Shown one piece after another: positions 30,135 to 39,507 of a stretch of DNA of 64,000 nt; the first letter of the stretch is position 1; each line of letters starts with the position of its first letter. This DNA comes from an uncultured Clostridia bacterium. GTDB taxonomy: Bacteria; Bacillota; Clostridia; Christensenellales; UBA1242. The stretch spans positions 204-64,203 of the forward strand of contig CAKNRR010000002.1 in the NCBI GenBank assembly GCA_930990975.1. The letters run 5' to 3'. The notes below the pieces were generated by a model. The model did no database searches. It saw nothing but the letters and a program-made list of their open reading frames with translations, and had not been told where the DNA came from. Made by a program: the position numbers and the translations under genes.

Positions 30135-30935
30135 TTATATAATATCAGTATATTTTTTAGAATTATGGTTTGGCATAATCAATGAAATTAGTGCAAAAAT
30201 AATTAGCAATGAAGCAACTATGCAATAATATATATTTAGATTTATAAACAAACTAGCAATAAACAAGACTAAGGCGGAAATGAAATACCCCTTAGTTTTT
30301 TGTTTGTTAAATAATATATTTAATACTTGTTTAAAACTATGTTTAGAATTTTTCTTTTTTGTTGTTATTGTAGGGTAAAAGTCATATTCTTTGTAAATAC
30401 AAGAATAGGTTTCATATTTGTTTAAAAGCAAGATTTGACATTCAAAATTATCACAAAAAGAAACTAAAGATTTGTCATAATCATTGCATAAAATTAATAT
30501 TTTGTTGGCTTTGTATTTTTTGCAATGATTATGGATAAAAACTATATCGTCTTGAGATGGGTTTTGAAACCTAAAAAACGGATAAATAATAATTTTGTGT
30601 TCTTCTTTTTCTACGCATATAAAGTCTTTGTATTTTACGACATTATTAAAACGACTTGTAAAAAGTTTATAAAAAAAATCAACTTTGTGATTGTCGTTTA
30701 TTAAGGATAAGAACATGCTTTCAGCATCTTCTTTTTCTTTGATTTTTAAGTTTGATTTTAAGTTTTTCTTTTTGTTAATGATTACACCGATGATATTTAA
30801 AAATAAAGTTATAGCAAAGGACAATATTGAAGCTAGCCAAAATGAGTCCAATATAAATTTTAGCCAAATGAAAGCGATTAAATATATAAAAAAACTTTTA
30901 AGTAAAATTTGCAATATAAAGAAAAATCTTCTCAT
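30135..30935 (-). CDS. Hypothetical 4-TM membrane protein with a central soluble domain (possibly restriction-endonuclease-like fold)
   Basis: Two N-terminal and two C-terminal hydrophobic helices. The central ~130 aa (DFICVEKEEHKIIIYPFF...KILILCNDYDKSLVSFCDNFECQILLLN) loosely follows an Mrr-cat-like layout. The fold call is weak. Confidence 0.45.
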   Translation of the reverse strand: MRRFFFILQILLKSFFIYLIAFIWLKFILDSFWLASILSFAITLFLNIIGVIINKKKNLKSNLKIKEKEDAESMFLSLINDNHKVDFFYKLFTSRFNNVVKYKDFICVEKEEHKIIIYPFFRFQNPSQDDIVFIHNHCKKYKANKILILCNDYDKSLVSFCDNFECQILLLNKYETYSCIYKEYDFYPTITTKKKNSKHSFKQVLNILFNKQKTKGYFISALVLFIASLFINLNIYYCIVASLLIIFALISLIMPNHNSKKYTDII

Positions 30936-31088
30936 AAGATATTTATTGACAAATATATTGATTTTAAACTTATAAAATCACTTAAAAATCAAGCTTGATT
31001 GATAAAAACAAGAAGTTTGTTTGACTTTAATTTTTTTTTTATTTATACTTGAATTATAAAATTTTTTCTTAGATAAAAGGGGATTAAA

Positions 31089-31439
31089 GTGGAACCAATA
31101 AATAATGTGGTAATTGAATTTTATAAATATCTATTGGCATCAAAATGTAAGGATATTGCATTATATGATTTAAGGAAAGAACAGCAAGGTTGTGATTTTA
31201 TTTTTGTTGTCACAAATTCTTCTCAGATTTTGAATAAAAAATTCGCTACGGCTATGCTCGCTGAAATGAATTCAAATGTATTCCCTGAAGGTTACAGCAA
31301 AGGGGAATGGATTATTTTTGATTTTAATGATATTGTATTGCATTCTTTTATTCCATCAATGAGGGAAAAGTATAGTCTTGATAAGTTATGGAAAAATAAA
31401 AGAGTAGATTTGTCTAAACTTTTGAAAAATAAAGATTAA
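31089..31439 (+). CDS. rsfS: Ribosome silencing factor RsfS
   Basis: CDFIFVVTNSS...EGYSKGEWIIFDFNDIVLHSFIPSMREKYSLDKLW matches the RsfS/iojap pattern. Confidence 0.75.
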   Translation: MEPINNVVIEFYKYLLASKCKDIALYDLRKEQQGCDFIFVVTNSSQILNKKFATAMLAEMNSNVFPEGYSKGEWIIFDFNDIVLHSFIPSMREKYSLDKLWKNKRVDLSKLLKNKD

Positions 31440-31490
31440 TTATTTTGATTTTTTAAAGACATATGATAAAATCAAAACTATAGGAGATAC

Positions 31491-31916
31491 ATGATTAATA
31501 TTTGTTTTGTTTGCAGCGGAAATACTTGTAGATCTATAATGGCTGAAAGATTAATGAAGGTTTTGCTTAAAGAGCGAAAGATTAAAGATATAAAGGTTAT
31601 TTCAAGAGGGCTGTATGCTAAAGGAGATAACATAACTACAGAAGCAAAAAACGCATTAAAAGAATATAAAGCTTTATCGTCCAATAGAAAATCAGTAAAA
31701 TTGGGTAAAATAGATAAGAATACACTTTATATAACAATGACAGACGCTCAAAAACAGAATATAAAATCAGCAAAAGTGTTGTCATTTAGGAATTTGACAG
31801 GTTTTGATATTTTAGATCCTTACGGACAGTCTCAAGAAGTGTATAATAAAACGGCAGAAGAAATTTATAAAGGACTTTTAATATTATTAAAACAAATTGA
31901 AACATGGAGAAAGTAA
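31491..31916 (+). CDS. Low-molecular-weight protein phosphatase (YwlE-like Tyr/Arg phosphatase)
   Basis: P-loop CFVCSGNTCRSIMAE (CxGNxCRS). DPYG near the C-terminus. Upstream of rpiB, as ywlE is in Bacilli. Confidence 0.75.
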   Translation: MINICFVCSGNTCRSIMAERLMKVLLKERKIKDIKVISRGLYAKGDNITTEAKNALKEYKALSSNRKSVKLGKIDKNTLYITMTDAQKQNIKSAKVLSFRNLTGFDILDPYGQSQEVYNKTAEEIYKGLLILLKQIETWRK

Positions 31917-31917
31917 A

Positions 31918-32340
31918 ATGGTTATATTGGCAAGCGATCATGCTGGATTTCCTTTAAAAGAGGAAATAAAAAAATTTTTTAATAAAGAAAACATAATTGT
32001 TATTGATGTGGGATGCTATTCAAGAGAGCAACTCGATGATTATCCTGATTTTGCTAAAGCAGGAAATGCAAAAGTTATAGAAGATCCTAGAAATGTGGGT
32101 ATATACATTTGTGGAACTGGTATTGGAATGAGTATTGTTGCTAATAGGAACCCTAAAATAAGGGCCGCTCTTTGCATGAATGAAAATTTCGCATCCTTGG
32201 CAAGAAGACATAATGATGCTAATGTATTGTGTTTGTCTGGTCGTTTTCTGAGCCCTAAGAAGGCTATAAAAATTATAAAGGTTTTTCTTACGACTGATTT
32301 CGAAGGCGGACGCCATGCGAGAAGAATAAAAAAATATTGA
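31918..32340 (+). CDS. rpiB: Ribose-5-phosphate isomerase B
   Basis: ILASDHAGFPLKEEI, ICGTGIGMSIVANR, RHNDANVLCL. Start at ATG 31918. Confidence 0.85.
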   Translation: MVILASDHAGFPLKEEIKKFFNKENIIVIDVGCYSREQLDDYPDFAKAGNAKVIEDPRNVGIYICGTGIGMSIVANRNPKIRAALCMNENFASLARRHNDANVLCLSGRFLSPKKAIKIIKVFLTTDFEGGRHARRIKKY

Positions 32341-32347
32341 GGTGTTT

Positions 32348-33217
32348 ATGATTAATGTTGTTGTACCAATAGTTCATAATGCAAAGAGTTATAAAAAAGT
32401 ATTGTCAAGTTTGGTTAATGTTGATAATATTAATGTTTTGATTGGCGTAGTAAGCTCTCAAATGAGTGTCTTGCAAACTTTGGAAGGCGATAATATCTAT
32501 TATGTGGAATTTAAAGATGGCTCAAATAGAGAAGCGATAATCAATTCTTTGCAAAAATACATAGGCGATGGCGCTTTACTGATAATGAGAAAGCCTATAT
32601 TGCCAAATGAGTTGAGTGAATTTTTAAACACGGATAAAGATGTTGTTGTTTGTAAAAGAAACATGTCTACTGTCAAGAATTTGTTTTTACAACTGTGGCA
32701 AAAGATTTTAAGATTATGTTTAGGTGTAAGGCTTTATGAGGGTGACACATCAGTTATATATTTAGGCGAGGATATAGCAACGGTTATATCTGGAACAAGA
32801 AATTTAAGCTATAGCACTAGAGTTGACAGATGGCGAGGACTGGTTCATGGATCTGTCATTGTTCAAGGAGAGCCTGTAAAAACGGATAAAGACATAAAGC
32901 TTAATATAAAATATGCTTTGATAGCTTTGCTTGCAATAATCATTGGGGTGGTTGTTACAGTTGTTGTAAGTTTATATGCAAGAGTTAATATCATTGTTGG
33001 ATTATTGCTATTTTGCTTAGATGTTATATGTTTGGCAACCGCATTGATTTTATTGGTTATGATTATATTTAATAACACCGTGGGTAAGAAAAATTTTGGT
33101 TATGCCGAAGAAATTCTTAATGATGAAGATGATGACAATATTTATTTAGATTCTGGAGATAACGAAGAAGAGATCATTGTTGAAGATAGTGAATATGAAG
33201 ATTCAGAAGACTTATAA
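32348..33217 (+). CDS. GT2 (GtrB/Dpm1-like) glycosyltransferase homologue lacking the DxD motif, with C-terminal TM helices and an acidic tail
   Basis: GT-A-like order (VVVPIV..., KDGSNREAI..., GDGALLIMRKP where MDAD is expected, DVVVCKRN, GDTSVIY). Then 2-3 TM helices and the DEDDDNIYLDSGDNEEEIIVEDSEYEDSEDL tail. Confidence 0.4.
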   Translation: MINVVVPIVHNAKSYKKVLSSLVNVDNINVLIGVVSSQMSVLQTLEGDNIYYVEFKDGSNREAIINSLQKYIGDGALLIMRKPILPNELSEFLNTDKDVVVCKRNMSTVKNLFLQLWQKILRLCLGVRLYEGDTSVIYLGEDIATVISGTRNLSYSTRVDRWRGLVHGSVIVQGEPVKTDKDIKLNIKYALIALLAIIIGVVVTVVVSLYARVNIIVGLLLFCLDVICLATALILLVMIIFNNTVGKKNFGYAEEILNDEDDDNIYLDSGDNEEEIIVEDSEYEDSEDL

Positions 33218-33258
33218 TTTTTGAAATCAAAGTAAATAATAAAGTTAACTTAAATTAA

Positions 33259-34269
<1,011 letters not shown>

Positions 34270-34276
34270 GTGTTTT

Positions 34277-34627
34277 ATGGAAGAAGAAATCAATAATTTA
34301 AACAATGCACCTCAAGATAACAAAGATTTGCAACCACAAAAAAAGAAAGCCGAGAAAAAAGAAAAAAAGTTTAGTTTTAACTCAATTTTATCTTTTACGG
34401 CTTTTATAGGGATAGGTTGCATTGCAATTTCTTTGCTTCTTACATTGGTTTTTGAAAATGATATAAAACTTTCGGCAGCATTCAGTTCAATTGGACAAGT
34501 GATTGCCTATGTTTTGTGTATAATTTTAGCATTTTCATGGGTAAAAAAACACAAACAAATTCCATGGATAGTTTGTTATGTCGTATTCGTGGTGACAATT
34601 GTAGTTCTGTTTATTTTAACAATTTAA
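34277..34627 (+). CDS. Hypothetical small membrane protein
   Basis: Lys-rich N-terminus followed by three hydrophobic helices. No recognisable family. Confidence 0.4.
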   Translation: MEEEINNLNNAPQDNKDLQPQKKKAEKKEKKFSFNSILSFTAFIGIGCIAISLLLTLVFENDIKLSAAFSSIGQVIAYVLCIILAFSWVKKHKQIPWIVCYVVFVVTIVVLFILTI

Positions 34628-34648
34628 TCTATTTATAGCCAGGAACAA

Positions 34649-35020
34649 ATGAGAAATTTAATTGTATCAGCAATTTTAGTGGTTTTAATAGTTTTGTTTT
34701 TGAGCTTGCAATCGTTTTGGGCAGGCTTAGTGTATTTTGCGTTAAGTTTCTTGTTCTTGTTATGTGCTTATTGGGTGGTTGTGTTGATAATGCAATATAT
34801 TGAAGACTACTTTAAGCATTTTGATGAAGATTTTAAATTATATTGTATAAAATTAATAAACTCTACAAATTATACTACACAAGAAGTTAATGACAACATA
34901 GAATTTCATAAAACAAATTATAAAAAGTCCTTAAGAAGAGATAAAGCTATTGATATAATAAAAATATTGTTTATTTTGACTGTTGGAATAGTTAGTATAG
35001 TTTGTATGTTTAATATGTAA
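34649..35020 (+). CDS. Hypothetical small membrane protein
   Basis: Two N-terminal and one C-terminal hydrophobic helices. No recognisable family. Confidence 0.4.
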   Translation: MRNLIVSAILVVLIVLFLSLQSFWAGLVYFALSFLFLLCAYWVVVLIMQYIEDYFKHFDEDFKLYCIKLINSTNYTTQEVNDNIEFHKTNYKKSLRRDKAIDIIKILFILTVGIVSIVCMFNM

Positions 35021-35047
35021 ATAGGGTGTTTAAATCCCTATTTTTTA
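35021..35047 (+). terminator. Rho-independent terminator
   Basis: ATAGGG-tgtttaaat-CCCTAT followed by a T run. Confidence 0.6.
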
Positions 35048-35271
35048 TCAAATAAATTCATGAATTCAATTGATATATGAATATATAAAGAAATAGAACG
35101 AAATCGACTTTAAAATTAAAAAAGTTTGATGATTGATTAGCATTTATATTCGCCATTATTCTTAGCAATAAAATCAAAATTCACTTATTTTTAGTTGCTA
35201 AATTTTATATAATATGATATTATTAAAAACGCAAAGACTTTAAAAAAGTTGATTTAAACAAAGGAGAGATT

Positions 35272-36546
35272 ATGTACGAATTTGAGAAAAAAGACAAGAA
35301 AGGAATTTTAACTATTAAAGTTTCAAAAGAAGATTGGGAAAAAGCCGTTGAAAGAGCTTATGAAAAAAATAAGGATAAGTTTAATATACAAGGTTTTAGA
35401 AAGGGTAAAGCTCCAAGAAGAGTTATAGAACAAAATTATGGAGATACTATATTCTTTGATGATGCTTTTGATGAAGTTGTATCAGCTGAATATATGCAAT
35501 TCTTAAGTGAAAACAAAGAAGTTGTACCAGCAGAACAACCACATGTTGAAAACAACACATTCACAGCTGATAAAGGACTTGAAGTTGTGTTAAAGTTTGA
35601 TTTAATGCCAGAATTCAAGTTGCCTGATTTGACTAAATTAACAGCTAAAAAAGAAGAAGCAAATGTAAGTGACGAACAAGTTGAAGCAGAACTTCAAAGC
35701 GAAAGAGAATCTCATGCAAGATATGTTGAAGAAGACAAGGCTGCTGAAATTGGAGATTTTGCAACCATTGACTTTGTCGGCTATGTTGGTGATGAGAAGT
35801 TTGAAGGCGGAGAAGCTAAAGATTATAGATTGGAACTTGGCTCTCATACATTTATTGAAGGCTTTGAAGATCAAGTTGTTGGAATGAAAAAAGGCGAAGA
35901 AAAAGATGTTAATGTGACATTCCCTGAAAACTATCATGCAGAAAATTTGAAGGGCAAACCAGCTGTATTTAAAGTAACTTTAAACAAGGTTGAAAAGAAA
36001 GAATTGCCAGAAATAGATGATAAGTATGTTTCTGACACTACAGAATTTGAAACTGTAGATGAGTATAAAAAAGCTATAAAAGAAAACCTTTTAAAAATGG
36101 CTCAAGAGAGAGCTGAAAGAGATTTCGAAGTTAAGTTGTTGGATGAAATTGCTGAGAAGAGCAATATTGAAGTTCCAGATTCTATGGTAGAGCACGAATT
36201 GCATCATATGATAGAGGACTTCGAGCATAGACTATCTCACCAAGGATTGAATTTGACTACTTATCTTGAATATATTGGAAAAACAATGGATGAATTCAAA
36301 CCAGAAAGAGCAGAAGATGCAAGAAAGAATATCAAAACAAGACTTGTATTACAAAAGCTTATCTCTGAAAACAATATCACAGTAACAAGTGAAGAGCTTG
36401 ATAACAGTATTGCCGAATACGCGAATAGATACCAAATGACAGCAGAGGACTTTAAGAAAGCAATGTCACCTGATGACTATGCTTACTTTGAAAATAATGC
36501 TATTATGACAAAAGTTTTAAATATGATTAAGTCTAAAATCAAATAA
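35272..36546 (+). CDS. tig: Trigger factor
   Basis: GFRKGKAPRRVIEQ ribosome-binding motif, FKBP-type middle domain. Position upstream of clpP-clpX. Confidence 0.9.
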   Translation: MYEFEKKDKKGILTIKVSKEDWEKAVERAYEKNKDKFNIQGFRKGKAPRRVIEQNYGDTIFFDDAFDEVVSAEYMQFLSENKEVVPAEQPHVENNTFTADKGLEVVLKFDLMPEFKLPDLTKLTAKKEEANVSDEQVEAELQSERESHARYVEEDKAAEIGDFATIDFVGYVGDEKFEGGEAKDYRLELGSHTFIEGFEDQVVGMKKGEEKDVNVTFPENYHAENLKGKPAVFKVTLNKVEKKELPEIDDKYVSDTTEFETVDEYKKAIKENLLKMAQERAERDFEVKLLDEIAEKSNIEVPDSMVEHELHHMIEDFEHRLSHQGLNLTTYLEYIGKTMDEFKPERAEDARKNIKTRLVLQKLISENNITVTSEELDNSIAEYANRYQMTAEDFKKAMSPDDYAYFENNAIMTKVLNMIKSKIK

Positions 36547-36629
36547 ATATGGAAAATAATGTTATAATTATTGATTTAATTAAAGTTTCTTAATATGAAT
36601 AATTTTAAGAAATTAAGGGAGGATAATTT

Positions 36630-37220
36630 ATGTTAATACCTATGGTTGTTGATCAAACTGGAAATGGAGAAAGGTCTTATGATATATATTCTCGTTTATT
36701 AGAAGACAGAATAATATTTTTGAATGGAGAGATAGATGATAACATAGCAAATATTGTTGTTGCTCAATTAATTTATCTTGAAGGTAAAAATCCAGACAAG
36801 GATATTTTCATATATATTAATAGTCCAGGAGGAAGCGTTTCTGCTGGGCTTGCAATATATGATACAATGAAATATATCAAATGCGATGTTTCAACTATTT
36901 GTGTAGGGCGCGCAGCATCTATGGGAGCGTTTTTGCTTGCTGGAGGCACAAAGGGTAAGAGATTTGCATTGCCTAATAGTGAAATAATGATACATCAACC
37001 TTTAGGTGGAGCTCAAGGGCAAGTAAGTGATATTCAAATACAAGCAAATCATATACAATATATTAAAGAAAGAATGAATAAAATGCTTAGCGAAAATACT
37101 GGAAAACCTTTGGATATAGTTGAAAAAGATACTGATAGAGATAACTATATGACTGCACAAGAAGCAAAAGACTATGGAATCATAGATGAAATTTTTGTAT
37201 CAAGAAAAAAAGTAAAATAA
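36630..37220 (+). CDS. clpP: ATP-dependent Clp protease proteolytic subunit
   Basis: [35 protein letters not shown]. Confidence 0.95.
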   Translation: MLIPMVVDQTGNGERSYDIYSRLLEDRIIFLNGEIDDNIANIVVAQLIYLEGKNPDKDIFIYINSPGGSVSAGLAIYDTMKYIKCDVSTICVGRAASMGAFLLAGGTKGKRFALPNSEIMIHQPLGGAQGQVSDIQIQANHIQYIKERMNKMLSENTGKPLDIVEKDTDRDNYMTAQEAKDYGIIDEIFVSRKKVK

Positions 37221-37229
37221 GGAGTTTTA

Positions 37230-38492
37230 ATGTCAGATATAGAATGTAAATGTAGCTTTTGTGGTAAAAGCCAAAAGGAAGCAAAGAAATTGATTGCAAG
37301 TCCTGGTGGTGATGCTTTTATATGCGATGAATGTATTGAAATCTGTAAAGATATAGTTACAGATGTTACAAAAAAATCTACATTTGAAAAGATTGAACTT
37401 CCTACTCCAAGCGAAATAAAAGCTAAGTTGGATGAGTATATTGTTGGTCAAGACGATGTAAAGAGAGTGCTTGCTGTGGCAGTTTATAATCACTATAAGA
37501 GGTTGAATTATAATTTATTGAAAGATAAAAAAGATGAAACTGATGATGTGGAACTTGAAAAGAGCAATATTTTGATGATAGGACCTACTGGTTCAGGTAA
37601 AACATTACTTGCAAAAACGCTTGCAAATGTTCTGAAAGTTCCTTTTGCTACTGCTGATGCAACAACTTTGACAGAAGCTGGATATGTTGGCGATGATGTT
37701 GAAAATATATTGTTAAAACTTATCCAAAACGCTGGTTATGATATTGAAAAAGCACAACGAGGAATTATTTACATTGATGAAATTGATAAAATTGCAAAGA
37801 AGACACAAAATGTTTCAATAACGCGAGATGTAGCAGGGGAAGGTGTTCAACAAGCATTATTAAAGATTCTTGAAAGCACTATTGCAACAGTTCCTCCTCA
37901 AGGCGGAAGAAAACATCCTCAACAAGAAATGTTGCAGATTGATACAACAAATATATTGTTTATTTGTGGGGGAGCTTTTGTCGGACTTGACAAAATCATT
38001 GAAGCAAGGAAAAGTGATACAACACTTGGCTTTAATGCAGAAATACATTCAAAGGAAGAGAAAGATAAAAATATATTTATAAAAGACATTCAACCAAATG
38101 ACTTGATAAAATTCGGGTTGATTCCTGAGTTTGTAGGAAGATTGCCTGTAGTTGTAGGGCTTGAAGAATTGGATGAAAATGCTCTTATTAAAATTCTTAC
38201 AGAACCAAAAAATTCTATTATTAAACAGTATAATTTGATGTTTAAAATAGATGGAATAAATATTGAATTTTCTCCAGAAGCTATAAAAGCAATTGCTAAA
38301 AAGGCAATAGAATTAAAGACTGGAGCGAGAGGTTTAAGAACAATAATCGAAGGTAAAATGACTAAATTGATGTATGATGCTCCTAGCTATAAAGATGTTG
38401 AAAAAATAATTGTCACTGACAGATTTATAGAAATGGAAAATGGGCAACCAGAAATCGTAAAGAAAGTTGACGATAAAAAAGCTGTTTGCTAA
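37230..38492 (+). CDS. clpX: ATP-dependent Clp protease ATP-binding subunit ClpX
   Basis: Zinc finger CSFCGK...CDECIE. Walker [17 protein letters not shown]. Confidence 0.95.
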   Translation: MSDIECKCSFCGKSQKEAKKLIASPGGDAFICDECIEICKDIVTDVTKKSTFEKIELPTPSEIKAKLDEYIVGQDDVKRVLAVAVYNHYKRLNYNLLKDKKDETDDVELEKSNILMIGPTGSGKTLLAKTLANVLKVPFATADATTLTEAGYVGDDVENILLKLIQNAGYDIEKAQRGIIYIDEIDKIAKKTQNVSITRDVAGEGVQQALLKILESTIATVPPQGGRKHPQQEMLQIDTTNILFICGGAFVGLDKIIEARKSDTTLGFNAEIHSKEEKDKNIFIKDIQPNDLIKFGLIPEFVGRLPVVVGLEELDENALIKILTEPKNSIIKQYNLMFKIDGINIEFSPEAIKAIAKKAIELKTGARGLRTIIEGKMTKLMYDAPSYKDVEKIIVTDRFIEMENGQPEIVKKVDDKKAVC

Positions 38493-38504
38493 ATAAACTT
38501 AAAC

Positions 38505-38544
38505 AAAAACACTAGAGAATAAATTAGAACTCTAGTGTTTTTTA
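38505..38544 (+). terminator. Rho-independent terminator after clpX
   Basis: CACTAGAG-aataaattagaa-CTCTAGTG followed by a T run. Confidence 0.8.
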
Positions 38545-38590
38545 TAGCACAAATAAGAGTATAAGTTCATATATATTAGAGGAGGTTTTC

Positions 38591-38884
38591 ATGAGAAGAT
38601 TTTTCAACATAATGGATAATAATATGAATAGAAGCAATAATTTTATAACAGCACAAAATGCTCGTGAAGATATTATAGGCGAGTTAGAAGCGATTATTCA
38701 ATATGAGAATCATTTAGAACAAACATCAGATATGAGTGCCAAAAATACAATAAGAGATATTTTAAAGGAAGAAAAATTGCATGTAGGGCAGTTGTTTGGC
38801 TTGTTGTTTCAATTAGATCCAGAAAGCAAGACTCAATTTGAAAATGGCTTAAAGGAATTTCAAAACAATAATAATGTGAATTAA
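38591..38884 (+). CDS. EncFtn-like (encapsulated-ferritin family) two-helix ferritin-like protein, orphan
   Basis: GELEAIIQYENHL...DILKEEKLHVGQLFGLLFQLDP follows the EncFtn pattern E-x-x-E-A-(V/I)-x-x-Y ... E-E-K-x-H ... L-x-x-L-D. Strong RBS AGAGGAGG. Confidence 0.5.
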   Translation: MRRFFNIMDNNMNRSNNFITAQNAREDIIGELEAIIQYENHLEQTSDMSAKNTIRDILKEEKLHVGQLFGLLFQLDPESKTQFENGLKEFQNNNNVN

Positions 38885-38990
38885 TATTGAAAAATAAATA
38901 TGACGGTAGAATATTACTTGTCATATTTTTTGATTATAATAGAAATAGGAAAATTAAAGTCATAAAATATAAATAAATTCTTCAAAATAC

Positions 38991-39019
38991 TTGACATTTA
39001 TATCATAAATTTATATAAT
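38991..39019 (+). promoter_or_regulatory. Consensus sigma-A promoter for the tRNA gene
   Basis: TTGACA, 17 nt, TATAAT, ~20 nt before the tRNA 5-prime end. Confidence 0.65.
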
Positions 39020-39041
39020 AACAAAGTAACATAAAAAAGAT

Positions 39042-39123
39042 GCGGGCGTGGCGGAATGGCAGACGCGCTTGTTTAAGGGGCAAGTGGGAAACCGTGTGGG
39101 TTCGACTCCCACCGCCCGCACCA
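39042..39123 (+). tRNA. tRNA-Leu, anticodon read as AAG (A34), CCA encoded
   Basis: Acceptor GCGGGCG/CGCCCGC, D arm GCG-GAATGGCAGA-CGC, anticodon arm CTTGT-TTAAGGG-GCAAG, 11-nt variable arm with GAAA loop, T arm GTGGG-TTCGACT-CCCAC, ACCA. 82 nt. The G36-G37 context is typical of CUN-reading Leu tRNAs. Confidence 0.85.
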
Positions 39124-39159
39124 AAAAGCGGAAACAATAGTTTGTTTTCGCTTTTTTTT
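39124..39159 (+). terminator. Rho-independent terminator after tRNA-Leu
   Basis: GCGGAAACA-atagtt-TGTTTTCGC followed by T8. Confidence 0.8.
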
Positions 39160-39434
39160 GTTGAATATAAAGATATTAAAGTTTTAGACATTATTTTGAG
39201 ACAAATAAATATTGGTTAATTATTTTTTTCAAACTTTGTTGATATGTAAACGCAAATTGATTTAATAGGAGGGTAAATGATAGTGAATAACAGGTCGCAG
39301 GAGTCCAAAAATATAGTGTTATTTTTTAAGATTATGAAAGAAATTTGCCTATTAAAACATGATGAAATCAAGATGTTTTTGAGCTTAGTTATTATTATGA
39401 AAAATAATAAAATAAAGTATATAATATAGCTTAA

Positions 39435-39490
39435 ATCATTTGCAAAATTTTATCAAAAGTGCTATTTTTAAAGAGTATTTTGCAAATGAT
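39435..39490 (+). promoter_or_regulatory. 14-bp perfect inverted repeat bracketing a putative promoter just upstream of the GLUG-like lipoprotein gene
   Basis: ATCATTTGCAAAAT (39435-39448) and ATTTTGCAAATGAT (39477-39490), 28-nt spacer. TTGCAA, 17 nt, TATTTT lies inside. The RBS GGAG is ~7 nt after the right arm. Confidence 0.4.
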
Positions 39491-39507
39491 GAAACAAGGA
39501 GAGTCTT

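Noticed and set aside
36547-36629. CtsR operator (GGTCAAA direct repeat) or CIRCE upstream of clpP.
   Set aside because: Neither motif is present. Only a weak hairpin TTTCTTAA...TTAAGAAA is seen.
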